Shown in pieces: positions 29,191-39,522 of a stretch of 64,000 nt of DNA. The notes below the pieces were generated by a model, which did no database searches, was not told the DNA's origin, and saw only the letters and a program-made list of their open reading frames with translations. This DNA comes from an uncultured Chloroflexia bacterium (GTDB lineage: Bacteria > Chloroflexota > Dehalococcoidia > Dehalococcoidales > UBA2162). The stretch's first letter is position 1. Every line of letters starts with the position of its first letter. The stretch covers positions 64,280 to 128,279 of the forward strand of contig CAVUCA010000004.1 in the NCBI GenBank assembly GCA_963739865.1, given 5' to 3'. A program made the position numbers and the translations under genes.

Positions 29191-29865
29191 ATGGAATTAT
29201 TCGAAGCGATAAAAAAGAGAAAAACATACCGTGGATACAGACCTGATCCCATCCCGGAAAAAACACTGCGTGAAATCATGGAATTAGCTTTACGTGCGCC
29301 ATCCTGGGCAAATACCCAACCCTGGGAGTTTGCTGTGGTGACAGGGAAGAAGTTGGAGGCAATAAAAGAGGGATTTCTGGAAAAGTCGGATACTGAACCG
29401 AATCCGGACCTGGCTTTTCCAAGATTTTTCCCTGAACAATACCGGGTACGGCTGCCGGCAATGAGGAGAGGACCGGATGCAGACCGGGTCCGCGATGACA
29501 AGGAACTGCGCAGGGAACGCCAGATGATGGGAGTGAAAATGTACGGTTGTCCCTGTGTAATTTATATTTATACAGACAGGTCGTTCTTTACGCAAGACGG
29601 CCAGGGGACGAATGCTTATCCAGTATTTGATTGCGGCCTGGCTGCGGAAAATATCATGCTAACAGCGGTCCAGTTTGGCCTGGGGACAACTCCGGCAGCC
29701 CAGGCGGTACCTTATCCTGATATAGTTCGTAAAGTGTTGGGATTAACCGAGTCCAAATTATTAGTCCTGGGAATTTTCATCGGTTATCCGGATACTGCCA
29801 ATCCCCAATATAACGTTTATTCCGGACGGGAAGAATTCGACAAACTGGTAAAATTCTTCAAATAA
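29191..29865 (+). CDS. nitroreductase family protein
   Basis: R...RGY, APSWANTQPWEF, DCG..AENIML.A and IGYP. Confidence 0.9.
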   Translation: MELFEAIKKRKTYRGYRPDPIPEKTLREIMELALRAPSWANTQPWEFAVVTGKKLEAIKEGFLEKSDTEPNPDLAFPRFFPEQYRVRLPAMRRGPDADRVRDDKELRRERQMMGVKMYGCPCVIYIYTDRSFFTQDGQGTNAYPVFDCGLAAENIMLTAVQFGLGTTPAAQAVPYPDIVRKVLGLTESKLLVLGIFIGYPDTANPQYNVYSGREEFDKLVKFFK

Positions 29866-29873
29866 CAAAGCGG

Positions 29874-30623
29874 TTATAGTTCCTCGGAAGCTGTGTCGAC
29901 GAAGAATTCGGGGATATCATGGCGCTGAATATAACTGGATACCCCGTGTTCTTTGAGCCAGTTGACGGCTTTTCTGGAATCACTGGCAACCTTTGCTTTT
30001 TCACACATTTTAAGACGATACTTAAACCGCCAATAAGCAAATTCTTTCATTTCAGTGAGTTCGATAGACTTGATCTGGGGATAATTATTTTCTTTCCGGA
30101 AGTGCTTGAGCATAATGGAAAAAGTCGTACCATAGATACGGCGATATGATTCATTGGTTGCTTCAGCTTCGCGGGCATAACCCCAGGCCCTTTTTTCTTT
30201 CCTGACTTCCTCTTCGACGGCAAACACCAAAGCTTCTTCAGCCGTGATTCCATAATAATAATTAAGGTATTGATGATATTTGGCGTTGCCGATAAGCTCA
30301 ATAAATCTATCCGATGATAGATTTATTGGGGGGACACCCCGGTAAAGGAAATTATCCTTTTCAACTTCAGAAATCAACCCCGGGAGAGTGTCACACAACC
30401 GTTCCGCAAGCAACATCCAGTCGAAGGCTTCACCGGCAATGAGGTAACGATAACGGCGCCCGTTACTGGATTCCTCGGCTTTTTTCCACAGCCCAATTGA
30501 TTCAAGTAAGGAAATATACCAGTGTTGGCCATTTCGGACTGACTGTTCAAAATGGTCAATCGCAGGGTCTGTTTCAGATAAAGCGGTATCAGGATTAATT
30601 GAACTATTACCTACTTCTTCCAT
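29874..30623 (-). CDS. hypothetical protein
   Basis: 249-aa ORF with natural composition (YLIAGEAFDWMLLAERL, YWRFKYRL, KVASD); no family recognised. Confidence 0.75.
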   Translation of the reverse strand: MEEVGNSSINPDTALSETDPAIDHFEQSVRNGQHWYISLLESIGLWKKAEESSNGRRYRYLIAGEAFDWMLLAERLCDTLPGLISEVEKDNFLYRGVPPINLSSDRFIELIGNAKYHQYLNYYYGITAEEALVFAVEEEVRKEKRAWGYAREAEATNESYRRIYGTTFSIMLKHFRKENNYPQIKSIELTEMKEFAYWRFKYRLKMCEKAKVASDSRKAVNWLKEHGVSSYIQRHDIPEFFVDTASEEL

Positions 30624-30641
30624 ATCACTATTGTATCCGGG

Positions 30642-30836
30642 TCAGGTTTTAAAAACATCTTTATACCGCTCTTGAGGGAATTCAGCGTTGGACAATGACG
30701 GTAAAAGTTCTTCGGATAGTTGTTCAATCGTAAAAGCGACTTTCCGGTAAGCCCGTATCTTGAAGATGTTTTCCTCTTTCATCTCAAGTAAGCAGGCGAT
30801 ATCTGTAAAAACTTTAGCAATCACCTTGTTGTTCAT
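30642..30836 (-). pseudogene. truncated N-terminal (8-kDa) domain of a family X DNA polymerase
   Basis: MNNKVIAKVF.DIA.LLEMKEENIFKIRAYRK.A..IE.L matches the PolX N-terminus; the HhH motif (IPGxG) and all catalytic domains are absent. Confidence 0.65.
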
Positions 30837-30890
30837 GCCCAACCAAACCTGCTAAAGTCAACAACCTGATCAAAATAATGACAATGCCGG

Positions 30891-31436
30891 TTAAATGGCC
30901 CGCCACAACCCGGGAAAATCGGACCTGGTAGCCTTATGACTCTCGGCTTTCCTTTCGACAACAGAAGGAGTGACTGCGGGCGTGGCTGTAGTTGATAGGT
31001 CACCGAGAAAATGGGTGCGTTGATTTTTCTCTTTTAAGTTACTGAAGAGATACCGGTTAGCAGTCCAAAATTCTGCATCCATCAATTCAGCAAGGGCTAG
31101 ATAATACAAATCGGTAATATGAGTCAGATCATATTTACCAATCAAATCCCAGGCGGTTTGAGTAAGGGAAGGAGGATTCACGATATCGATACCTATCTGC
31201 CGGTAAAATTGGAAAGCTTGTTCTCCCTGTTGCGGTAATAATAGTTTCATCTGCATCATTTTCCTGATGAAAGCAGTCATATCGATATCCAGTAAAGGCG
31301 GGCTAATAATCTGAATACCGGCATCATCCCATTTTTTAAGGAGCGAGTCAGCAATTTGAGATTGAGGAGTAGGTATAATCCATAGTAAAGCAATACTGGC
31401 ATCAATACATATTTGGGTACTCACTTGTGTACTCAT
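30891..31436 (-). CDS. PIN domain protein (VapC-like)
   Basis: ICIDAS...TDLYYLALAE...FWTAN pattern. Confidence 0.8.
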   Translation of the reverse strand: MSTQVSTQICIDASIALLWIIPTPQSQIADSLLKKWDDAGIQIISPPLLDIDMTAFIRKMMQMKLLLPQQGEQAFQFYRQIGIDIVNPPSLTQTAWDLIGKYDLTHITDLYYLALAELMDAEFWTANRYLFSNLKEKNQRTHFLGDLSTTATPAVTPSVVERKAESHKATRSDFPGLWRAI

Positions 31437-31439
31437 CGA

Positions 31440-31808
31440 TTAGTCTCCCCGTAGTTGTCCAATATATTTCTCAACATCCAGTTGTCCGGCTCGCTCACGG
31501 ATTTGTTCACGCAAGGTCAGGCATTTGCTGATGATTTCTTTTCGGTTGAAAGATTGTTTGATAGTTTGAGAATCAGACTTGGGTTGTTCCGTATCCCCGC
31601 TACTACTATCGACTTCCTCTTGATGTGGAACCATCATACCAAGGCAGAAATTTTGAAGTATGCTTCTTTTAACAAAAAGCTGATTACCAAGCTTTTCAGC
31701 GGGCAGCTTGCCACTCCATATCCAGCGCCGGATAGTTTCCGGATTTCGATCACATTCTTTAGCAGCTTCACGGACACTTATCAGTTTATCATCAGTATCG
31801 ATTTCCAT
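31440..31808 (-). CDS. excisionase/MerR-like HTH protein, putative antitoxin
   Basis: SVREAAKECDRNPETIRRWIWSGKLPAEKLG; GGAGG RBS before ATG 31808; stops 3 nt before the PIN gene. Confidence 0.8.
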   Translation of the reverse strand: MEIDTDDKLISVREAAKECDRNPETIRRWIWSGKLPAEKLGNQLFVKRSILQNFCLGMMVPHQEEVDSSSGDTEQPKSDSQTIKQSFNRKEIISKCLTLREQIRERAGQLDVEKYIGQLRGD

Positions 31809-31913
31809 TAATTCCTCCAGGAGCGTTGTAGTAGACGACAATATATTTTATGGCTCTTAGGATTGTAGAGAGTTATTCCGTTAATATCAAGTTATCAATC
31901 CCAAAACAACCTG

Positions 31914-34881
31914 CTATTTTCCATGACAGTGTTTATATTTTTTACCACTGCCACAGGGGCAAGGGTCATTCCGGCCGACTTTACGGACACCATCCGGAGC
32001 ATTGGAAACCGGTTTACTATCTCTACCGGAAATGACTTGAGCCATGGGAGATGGCGCCGGCTGCCTGGGAGTTTGCCGGCTTCCGTCCTGAACGACGGCA
32101 ACATGATAAATCATGTGGGCAACATCATGTCGGATACTAGAAATCAGTAAATCTAGCTGCTCACCACCAAGCCTTCGGTATTCATCAATAGGTTTAGTTT
32201 GTTGTAAACCTGCAAAACCTGCTTGCTGCCGTTTTTCTTCCATCACTGAGACATGTTCAATCCATAGATTGTCGATAATGCGGAGCATCACCAATCTCTC
32301 CAGGATTCTCATGTTCTGGGGATTATATTGTTGTTCTCTTTGACTGTAAATAGATTCAGATAACGCAAGCAGTTTTTCTTCCATTTCTTTAGGTTTACTC
32401 GCGCTTGAGTCCATCATGTTTATATCCGGTGGTACCGGAAGAATCGAATTCACATCAATAAGGGTACCTTTGATATCCCATTCTTCAGCGCCAACAGTCG
32501 AATGGGAACCGATAATTTCTTTTATCTCATCTTTAACCATAGAAAGGATATTGGCCTTAAGGTCAGCCCCGCTGAGTATCTTGCGCCTTTCATTGTAGAT
32601 GAGTTCCCGGTGTTTATTGACAACATCGTCAAATTCGACCAGTTGTTTACGAACATCGAAGTGATATCCTTCAACCCTGACCTGGGCGCTCTCGATTGCA
32701 CGGTTCACGAGTTTATTTTCAATGGCGGTGTTCTCATCCATGCCAGCCATCTGCATAATGCCGCGGATACGATCGCCGCCGAACCGTTTCATGATATCGT
32801 CATCGACTGAGACGAAAAAGCGGGTACTGCCCGGGTCGCCCTGGCGCCCGGCAGCGGCCGCGTAACTGGTTATCGATACGCCTGGCCTCATGCCGCTCGG
32901 TACCGATAATATGCAAACCGCCCAGATTGATGACTTGATCATGTTCTTTTTGCCATTCACCCTGTGGATGTATCTGGGGATTACCGCCCAGGATAATGTC
33001 GACGCCGCGGCCAGCCATATTGGTGGCTACCGTGACGGCACCTAACCTCCCGGCTTCAGCTACGATCCCTGCTTCTTTCTGTGCATTCTCAGGTTTAGCA
33101 TTTAAGACTTTAGCAGTAATACCTTTCCGTTTTAACATATCGGCGAGCATTTCCGAGGTCTCGATCGCAACGGTACCGATAAGCACTGGCCTTTTTTGGG
33201 AATTCAATTCGACCACTTCATTGACGACCGCACCGAATTTACTTTTTTCATCCTTAAAAATACGGTCGGTGTAATCTTTGCGAATCATAGGTCTATTCGT
33301 CGGTATCTGGACAACTTCAAGTTTATAGATTTTATGAAATTCTTCAGCTTCAGTTTGGGCAGTACCAGTCATACCTGATAACTTGTTATACATACGGAAA
33401 TAGTTCTGGAAAGTAATTGTGGCATAAGTCATCGATTCACGTTGGATACGCAGGTCTTTCTCTTCCAAACTTTCTTTAGCTTCGATTGCTTCATGCAGCC
33501 CTTTGGAGTAACGCCGGCCGTGCATTAACCGGCCGGTGAATTCATCAACGATGACAATACTTTTCTCCCCATTCTGACTTTGGAAGATAATATAATCGCG
33601 GCCCTTTTCGAACCAGGACTTGGCGAGAAGAGATTGGTTAAAAACAGAAAGAATGGAATCCAAACGGAGATTCTCATGATGGTCGAAATAGCTTGAGTTT
33701 TCTTTCTCCTCCCGGTTGAATAACTCAACTTCACTCAGATTGAAGGCTCTGGCAAGTTTTGCCAACCCTTTTGAAGTACCCTTAACCGTGTGGCTTTTCT
33801 CGTATTTTATATAGTCGACCTCATTTTCCAGGGCAGCTTCTTCTTCTCTCTCCTCAGGTGTGCTTGGCTCATGATGTAATGTCTTGTGCTGCATTCCCCG
33901 TACAATCACGGCTATTTGTCGATATTGTTCCTGTTCTTTTTCCTTTTCATCATTTTTAGGAGGAGGGCCAGAGATGATAAGAGGAGTACGTGCTTCATCG
34001 ATGAGCAGGTTATCGACTTCATCAACGATAGCATAATTAAGGGGACGCTGGACGCATTGCTTGAGGTCCAACACCATATTGTCCCGCAGATAATCGAACC
34101 CGAATTCGTTGTTCGTACCGTAGGTAATATCAGCTTCATACGCTTCTTTTCGGGTTACCGGCCTTAGGTATTTGAAAGCTTTGTCAGCAGAATCATAAGC
34201 GGGGTCGAAGATAAATGAAGGAGTATGATTCTCGGCAGTCTGGCTGTGAATAGCCCCGACGGAAATGCCAAGGGTGTGATAAACCGGACCCATCCAATGA
34301 GCATCACGTTTTGAAAGGTAATCGTTCACCGTGACGAGATGGCAACCCTTCCCGGTAAGGGCATTAAGATATAAGGGTAGAGTAGCAGCTAGAGTTTTAC
34401 CTTCACCGGTCTTCATTTCAGCGATCTTACCCTGGTGCAGGACAATACCACCAAAGACCTGAGAATCGAAATGTCTTTGTCCGATAGTACGTTTGGCTGC
34501 TTCACGAACAACAGCGAAAGCTTCCGGGAGTATTTCATTCAGGGCTTCCTTTTCAATATCCCGGCGTTCATCCTCTAAGTGAACGATTTTCTCTTCCAAA
34601 CTTTTAATACGGGTGTTGAGTTCATCCCGTTCCATTTCGTCGCTGGTATTCAGCTTGCTTTTTGTTTCTTCAATATCAGCTTGATTTTGTTTAATTTCCG
34701 CGATGGTATCTGAGGTTGCTTTATTCAGATAGTCTTTGAATTCGCTTGTTTTTACTTTAAGCTGCTCATCATTTAGAACACTCATCTCAGCTTCGAGCCC
34801 TGTTACCTCATTCACCAGTGGGCGAAGCCGCTGGATCTGTTTCTCATTAGAGTCAGTAAGATTACTTAGCCATTTAAACAT
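31914..34881 (-). CDS. secA: preprotein translocase ATPase SecA, with an apparent +1 frameshift near 32853
   Basis: [29 protein letters not shown]|AGRQGDPGS spanning the two track ORFs, and [23 protein letters not shown]. Confidence 0.94.
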
Positions 34882-35068
34882 AGTTTTACCTGCAACTTAT
34901 TACTTGATTATCTTAAACCAACTGCAATCCTTGTAAGCTATATTATTCAGAGGCATATATCTTTAGAATATACTCTAAGTGAATGATCAGCTCAACATCA
35001 CCAGATATAATTTGTTGGTATATAAAAGTGCTTTTCAATTTATTACAGTATTCGGCGATACTGGTTTA

Positions 35069-36019
35069 CTACTTATTCCCATTGAATAATTCACCCACCG
35101 ATTGCCCGGTATGAATCCGGTGTATTGCTTCACCAAGTAATGAAGCCATAGAAAGGACCGTGATCTTACTAATCTGTTTTTGTTCGGACAGGGGCAAACT
35201 ATCAGTAACGACCACTTCTTTTACCGGCGAGGAGGATATCCGCTCGATCGCCGGACCGGAAAAGACGGCATGAGTGGCGCAGAAATATACTTCCCGGGCA
35301 CCTTTTTCGATCAGGGTATTGATATTATTTGTCAATGTACCAGCCGTACTTATCTCATCATCGACGACGAGAGCTGATTTCCCCGCGACATCGCCGATTA
35401 CCATCAGAATCTGGGATTGATCATCATTGCCGGAGCGGTGTTTTTCCATAATAGCCAGAGGAGCTTTCAACCGGTTGGCAATATCACGGGCACGTTTGGA
35501 AATACCGGTGTCAGCCGCAACAACAACCAGGTCATTTGTAAACTGCTTTTTCTTGAAATAATCTACCAGGAGGTATTGACCGGTTAGTTCATCAACCGGG
35601 ATATTAAAAAATCCCTGGATTTGAGATGAATGAAGGTCAACGGTAAGGACACGGTTAGCACCGGCTACGGTTAGTAAGTCCGCCAGTAAACGGGCGGTTA
35701 TAGGCACCCGCGGTTGGTCTTTTCTATCCGAACGGCCGTAAGCATAATAAGGAATTACTGCGGTAATGCGTTCAGCGGAAGCACGCTTAAGGGCATCTAA
35801 CATAATCAGTAATTCCACCAGGTTCTGGTTCACCGGTGAAGCCAGAGGTTGGATAACGAAAGTATCTCGAGAACGAACGTTCTCGAGTATGCGGACGAAA
35901 ATATTTTCATTAGCGAATTGAAAGACTTCAGCTTTACCCAATGGGATACCTATGTATTCAGCTACCTTTTGTGCTAATACCGGATGAGCGTTTCCGGTGA
36001 AGACCTTTAATTCATCCAT
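35069..36019 (-). CDS. prs: ribose-phosphate pyrophosphokinase
   Basis: PYYAYGRSDRK, VDLH and VDDEISTAGT. Confidence 0.95.
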   Translation of the reverse strand: MDELKVFTGNAHPVLAQKVAEYIGIPLGKAEVFQFANENIFVRILENVRSRDTFVIQPLASPVNQNLVELLIMLDALKRASAERITAVIPYYAYGRSDRKDQPRVPITARLLADLLTVAGANRVLTVDLHSSQIQGFFNIPVDELTGQYLLVDYFKKKQFTNDLVVVAADTGISKRARDIANRLKAPLAIMEKHRSGNDDQSQILMVIGDVAGKSALVVDDEISTAGTLTNNINTLIEKGAREVYFCATHAVFSGPAIERISSSPVKEVVVTDSLPLSEQKQISKITVLSMASLLGEAIHRIHTGQSVGELFNGNK

Positions 36020-36188
36020 GAAAAGAACTACCTCCTGATTCCAGGTGATGGCAGAATCATTATATCACTAATGCTTTGCCGACTCACGCCTGTCTTAAGT
36101 TTGTCCATTCAACCGTCGAGACACATTGAAGAGAATCCGTAAACGATTGTATACTCAACCTATACAATAGTATTCAGCGGGGGGAACC

Positions 36189-36635
36189 ATGAAAGCAACG
36201 GAAGGAAAGCTCGGGCGTGTTTTTGTACTACGCCTTGATGATGGCGATATTATTCCCGGATGTATCGAAAAATTTGCGTATGAAAATGATATAAATGCGG
36301 CAGAGGTAATTTTGGTGGGTGGTGTCGGGGCAGGCGAGGTAGTCGTTGGACCTCATGAATCTGATAAAATGCCGCCGGCGCCCATGATGCTGCCTGTTGA
36401 CGGTGCTCATGAAGTGGCAGCAGTTGGTCTGATAGCTAAAGACACCACCGGCAAACCGATTTTACATATTCATGGTGCGATGGGACGTTCCGGACAAACC
36501 TTGACCGGCTGTTTCCGGCCTGGAGTAACAACTTGGCTGGTAGCCGAAGCAGTGATAATTGAGTTACTGGATGTGAACGTGTTCCGGCGGCTTGACACAA
36601 AAAGTGGATTCACTTTGTTAGACATTCAGGTATGA
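36189..36635 (+). CDS. PPC domain (DUF296) protein
   Basis: GRVFVLRL..G and LHIHGAMG. Confidence 0.85.
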   Translation: MKATEGKLGRVFVLRLDDGDIIPGCIEKFAYENDINAAEVILVGGVGAGEVVVGPHESDKMPPAPMMLPVDGAHEVAAVGLIAKDTTGKPILHIHGAMGRSGQTLTGCFRPGVTTWLVAEAVIIELLDVNVFRRLDTKSGFTLLDIQV

Positions 36636-36692
36636 TGAAGTATATGTTTACTCCAGTTATCCGGCCAGGGGAATGCCTGATTTAGTAACCGA

Positions 36693-37178
36693 CTAGTAGA
36701 AAAAGCCGGGTATTTCTTTAAAGCTACTGGGGAACAACTTAAGAATAAAGGGAAAATAATCAAGTAAGACTTTTGCGATCCATGATTCGGTGACCAATCC
36801 TTCACCGAAGAACTTGATTATGCCGGCGAATAGAGCACCGATAAGTAATACCCCGACTACCAGCCCCAAAAACCCGCCAGCGGCCTTATCGATACATCCT
36901 AAATGAACTGCTGAAAGTAAGGCTTTTATCACAGATCCGATTATGATAGCGACAATAAAAACAATTACCATGATCAAGATAAAAGCGATGATATTAGCGA
37001 TGCCGGGATTGGGTACGAATTTCAATAGTGTACTGACTTGAGAGTATATATTAGAAGCGAGAAGGATCCCGATAACAGTCCCTAAGAGGGAAAAAAACAT
37101 CATGACAAAACCCTGTATAAATCCTAAAATAACCGCTCCGGCCAGAGCAACAATGATAGCAATATCTATCCAGTTCAT
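36693..37178 (-). CDS. CvpA family membrane protein
   Basis: MNWIDI, G..QGF and IDK.AGG.LG. Confidence 0.88.
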   Translation of the reverse strand: MNWIDIAIIVALAGAVILGFIQGFVMMFFSLLGTVIGILLASNIYSQVSTLLKFVPNPGIANIIAFILIMVIVFIVAIIIGSVIKALLSAVHLGCIDKAAGGFLGLVVGVLLIGALFAGIIKFFGEGLVTESWIAKVLLDYFPFILKLFPSSFKEIPGFFY

Positions 37179-37322
37179 ATTTGGCCACCCCCTGAAAATA
37201 ATTTCGAGGCATCATTTCTTTATGAAATAACTTTGACACTAATATATACGATTGTAATAATATAGTTACTAGTTAGTCCATTTCAAATATCATAAGAAAT
37301 TCAATAACCGGGTGATACTAAA

Positions 37323-38651
37323 ATGTTCAATGAAGAAATAACGTTAACCAATATACTACATGTAGGATTAGTGCTGCTAGTTTCCTTAGTCCTTGCCTGT
37401 ATTTTTGTATTTTTTATCAATAGGATACTAAAAAGATGGTCGAAAAAAACAAGTACAGTATTGGATGACTTGATTTTTAGGGCTATTGAGTGGCCGGTCT
37501 TCACGGCGATATTGATAGCCGGTTGTTATTTTTCAGTGGCTTATCTTCCTTTCCAAGCAGAAGTGGATTACGAAATAAGCCGGGTTTTACAATTGGCCTT
37601 TATCATACTCGGGGGATTTAGTGTTGTAGCGGTAATAGATGCGTTATTCAGGTGGTTTAAACTGGAGGTTACCGCAAAAACCAATACCCCGATCGACGAC
37701 TGGATAACCATCTTCGTCAGGATTATCTCCCCCGTTATTTTGGGCCTGCTTACCCTAATTGCCTCTTTGGAACTCTATAATATCGATGTCCAATGGTTGA
37801 AACAATGGTTAGTGACATATGGAATCGAGATATTGGTGGTTTTGGTGATATCGATTATTGCCCTGTTTATTCTAGGCATTATAGGGTCAAAAGCAATTGT
37901 GATGTATATCGCCAACAAACCTCCTGAGCAACCAGTTGATGAAGTGAAAAAACGGGCTAATACTTTATCCGGGGTCATTATTACTACCGGCCAAGTTCTG
38001 ATAATTGTCATTGCGCTCTTTATCATACTAGCTGAATTTGTAGACGTTACTCCGGCATTAGCCAGCGCCGGAGTGGTTGGTATTGCAATAGGACTGGGAG
38101 CTCAAAGCCTGGTAAAAGACCTGATCGGTGGATTTTTTATCGTAATGGAAAATCAATACCGGATCGGTGATGTAGTCAACATATCCGGTATTGGAGGACT
38201 TGTAGAAGACCTGAATCTGAGAAGAACTATTCTTCGAGATATGGACGGAACAGTACATTCCATACCAAACGGACAAATCACAGTAGCCAGTAACTTAACC
38301 AAAGACTTCTCCCGTGTAAACCTGAATATCAGTGTTTCATATGATACGGACCTGGACCACGCAATTGAAGTAGCGAACCGGGTATGCCGGGAAATGGCTG
38401 AGGAACCGGAATGGGCAGCGCTGATTAACAAAGCACCTTCGATATTACGCGTGGAAAAACTAGGTGATTCTGGAATCGACCTCAAAATAACCGGAGAAAC
38501 AAAACCTATACAACAATGGGCAGTAATGGGTGAGTTGCGTAAGAGACTTAAAAAAACATTTGATCAAGAGGGTATTGAAATACCATGGCCTCATACCAAG
38601 GTGTATTTTGGAAATTCTCTGCTACAAAATGAACAAACAAAGAAAAATTAA
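37323..38651 (+). CDS. MscS family mechanosensitive channel with extra N-terminal TMs
   Basis: GIAIGLGAQSLVKD...ENQYRIGD, IPNG and GIEIP. Confidence 0.9.
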   Translation: MFNEEITLTNILHVGLVLLVSLVLACIFVFFINRILKRWSKKTSTVLDDLIFRAIEWPVFTAILIAGCYFSVAYLPFQAEVDYEISRVLQLAFIILGGFSVVAVIDALFRWFKLEVTAKTNTPIDDWITIFVRIISPVILGLLTLIASLELYNIDVQWLKQWLVTYGIEILVVLVISIIALFILGIIGSKAIVMYIANKPPEQPVDEVKKRANTLSGVIITTGQVLIIVIALFIILAEFVDVTPALASAGVVGIAIGLGAQSLVKDLIGGFFIVMENQYRIGDVVNISGIGGLVEDLNLRRTILRDMDGTVHSIPNGQITVASNLTKDFSRVNLNISVSYDTDLDHAIEVANRVCREMAEEPEWAALINKAPSILRVEKLGDSGIDLKITGETKPIQQWAVMGELRKRLKKTFDQEGIEIPWPHTKVYFGNSLLQNEQTKKN

Positions 38652-38753
38652 CGGAGCTATCTTACTAGACTACCTTCTTTGCATTTTTGGGGGATACAAA
38701 CCTTGACCGGGACTTAAGAAATAGTATATACAATAAGGTGAAAAGGAAGTTGT

Positions 38754-39395
38754 ATGCCAGTTATCACAATCAGGGGACTAACAGGCAGTGGAGCCGGAGA
38801 GATAGGCCATGAGGTTGCCAGGCTGATAAACGGCGATTATGTGGACAGGGAAGTGATAGCCGAGGTAGCAGAGTTGCTTAAAAGGCCGGAAGAACAAATC
38901 GCGGCTAAAGAGAAAGAAGCCCCAGGCCTGTTATACCGGATAATGAATCCTCTACGTAAAGCGTTATCCGGCTCCGGAAAAATCGAAAGCGCGTACATGA
39001 GAACCTGGGAAGAGCCTTTGAATGATGAAGAGTATCTTTCTGCCCTGGAATCTGTGATTCGAGATCTGGCACTTGAACCGAACATAGTGATCGTTGGCAG
39101 GGGTAGTCAGCACATTTTGAGAAATAATCAGTCGGTACTCCATGTATTGGTGATAGCACCGATGGAGGAACGCCTGAACAGGATAACGGCGGAGAAACAG
39201 ATAGAGCGTGATGATGCCGTCCGCTATATCGAAGAAAATGATAATAGCCGTAAAGCTTTCGTACAGCGTTTTTTCCAGAAGGATTTCGAAGATCCGTTGT
39301 TATATGACCTGGTTGTTAATACCAAGTACATTACCAGTACTGTAGCGGCACAACTCATTCATAAAGCTGCCACAGAGAAAAATCCCTGGAATTAA
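38754..39395 (+). CDS. cytidylate kinase-like family protein
   Basis: VITIRG..GSG, VIVGRG and YDLVVNT. Confidence 0.85.
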   Translation: MPVITIRGLTGSGAGEIGHEVARLINGDYVDREVIAEVAELLKRPEEQIAAKEKEAPGLLYRIMNPLRKALSGSGKIESAYMRTWEEPLNDEEYLSALESVIRDLALEPNIVIVGRGSQHILRNNQSVLHVLVIAPMEERLNRITAEKQIERDDAVRYIEENDNSRKAFVQRFFQKDFEDPLLYDLVVNTKYITSTVAAQLIHKAATEKNPWN

Positions 39396-39522
39396 CCACG
39401 AAAAAATACAAGTGACTTAATCTTCCGTTTAAATACATACTATTAATCGGTTCAATATTTCCTATTGATTGATGCCTTTCTATTTTTACGGTTATACTAT
39501 TAATATCGTGTGAGGTTATAGA

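Noticed and set aside
30642-31841. Prophage or integrative element around the excisionase-like HTH
   Set aside because: No integrase, att-like repeats or phage genes; a toxin-antitoxin-like pair explains it better.
31914-32960. Independent SEC-C protein or naturally split secA
   Set aside because: The break is inside motif VI and the downstream ORF has no plausible start of its own.
39396-39522. LexA box upstream of uvrB
   Set aside because: No GAAC-N4-GTTC-like site was visible.
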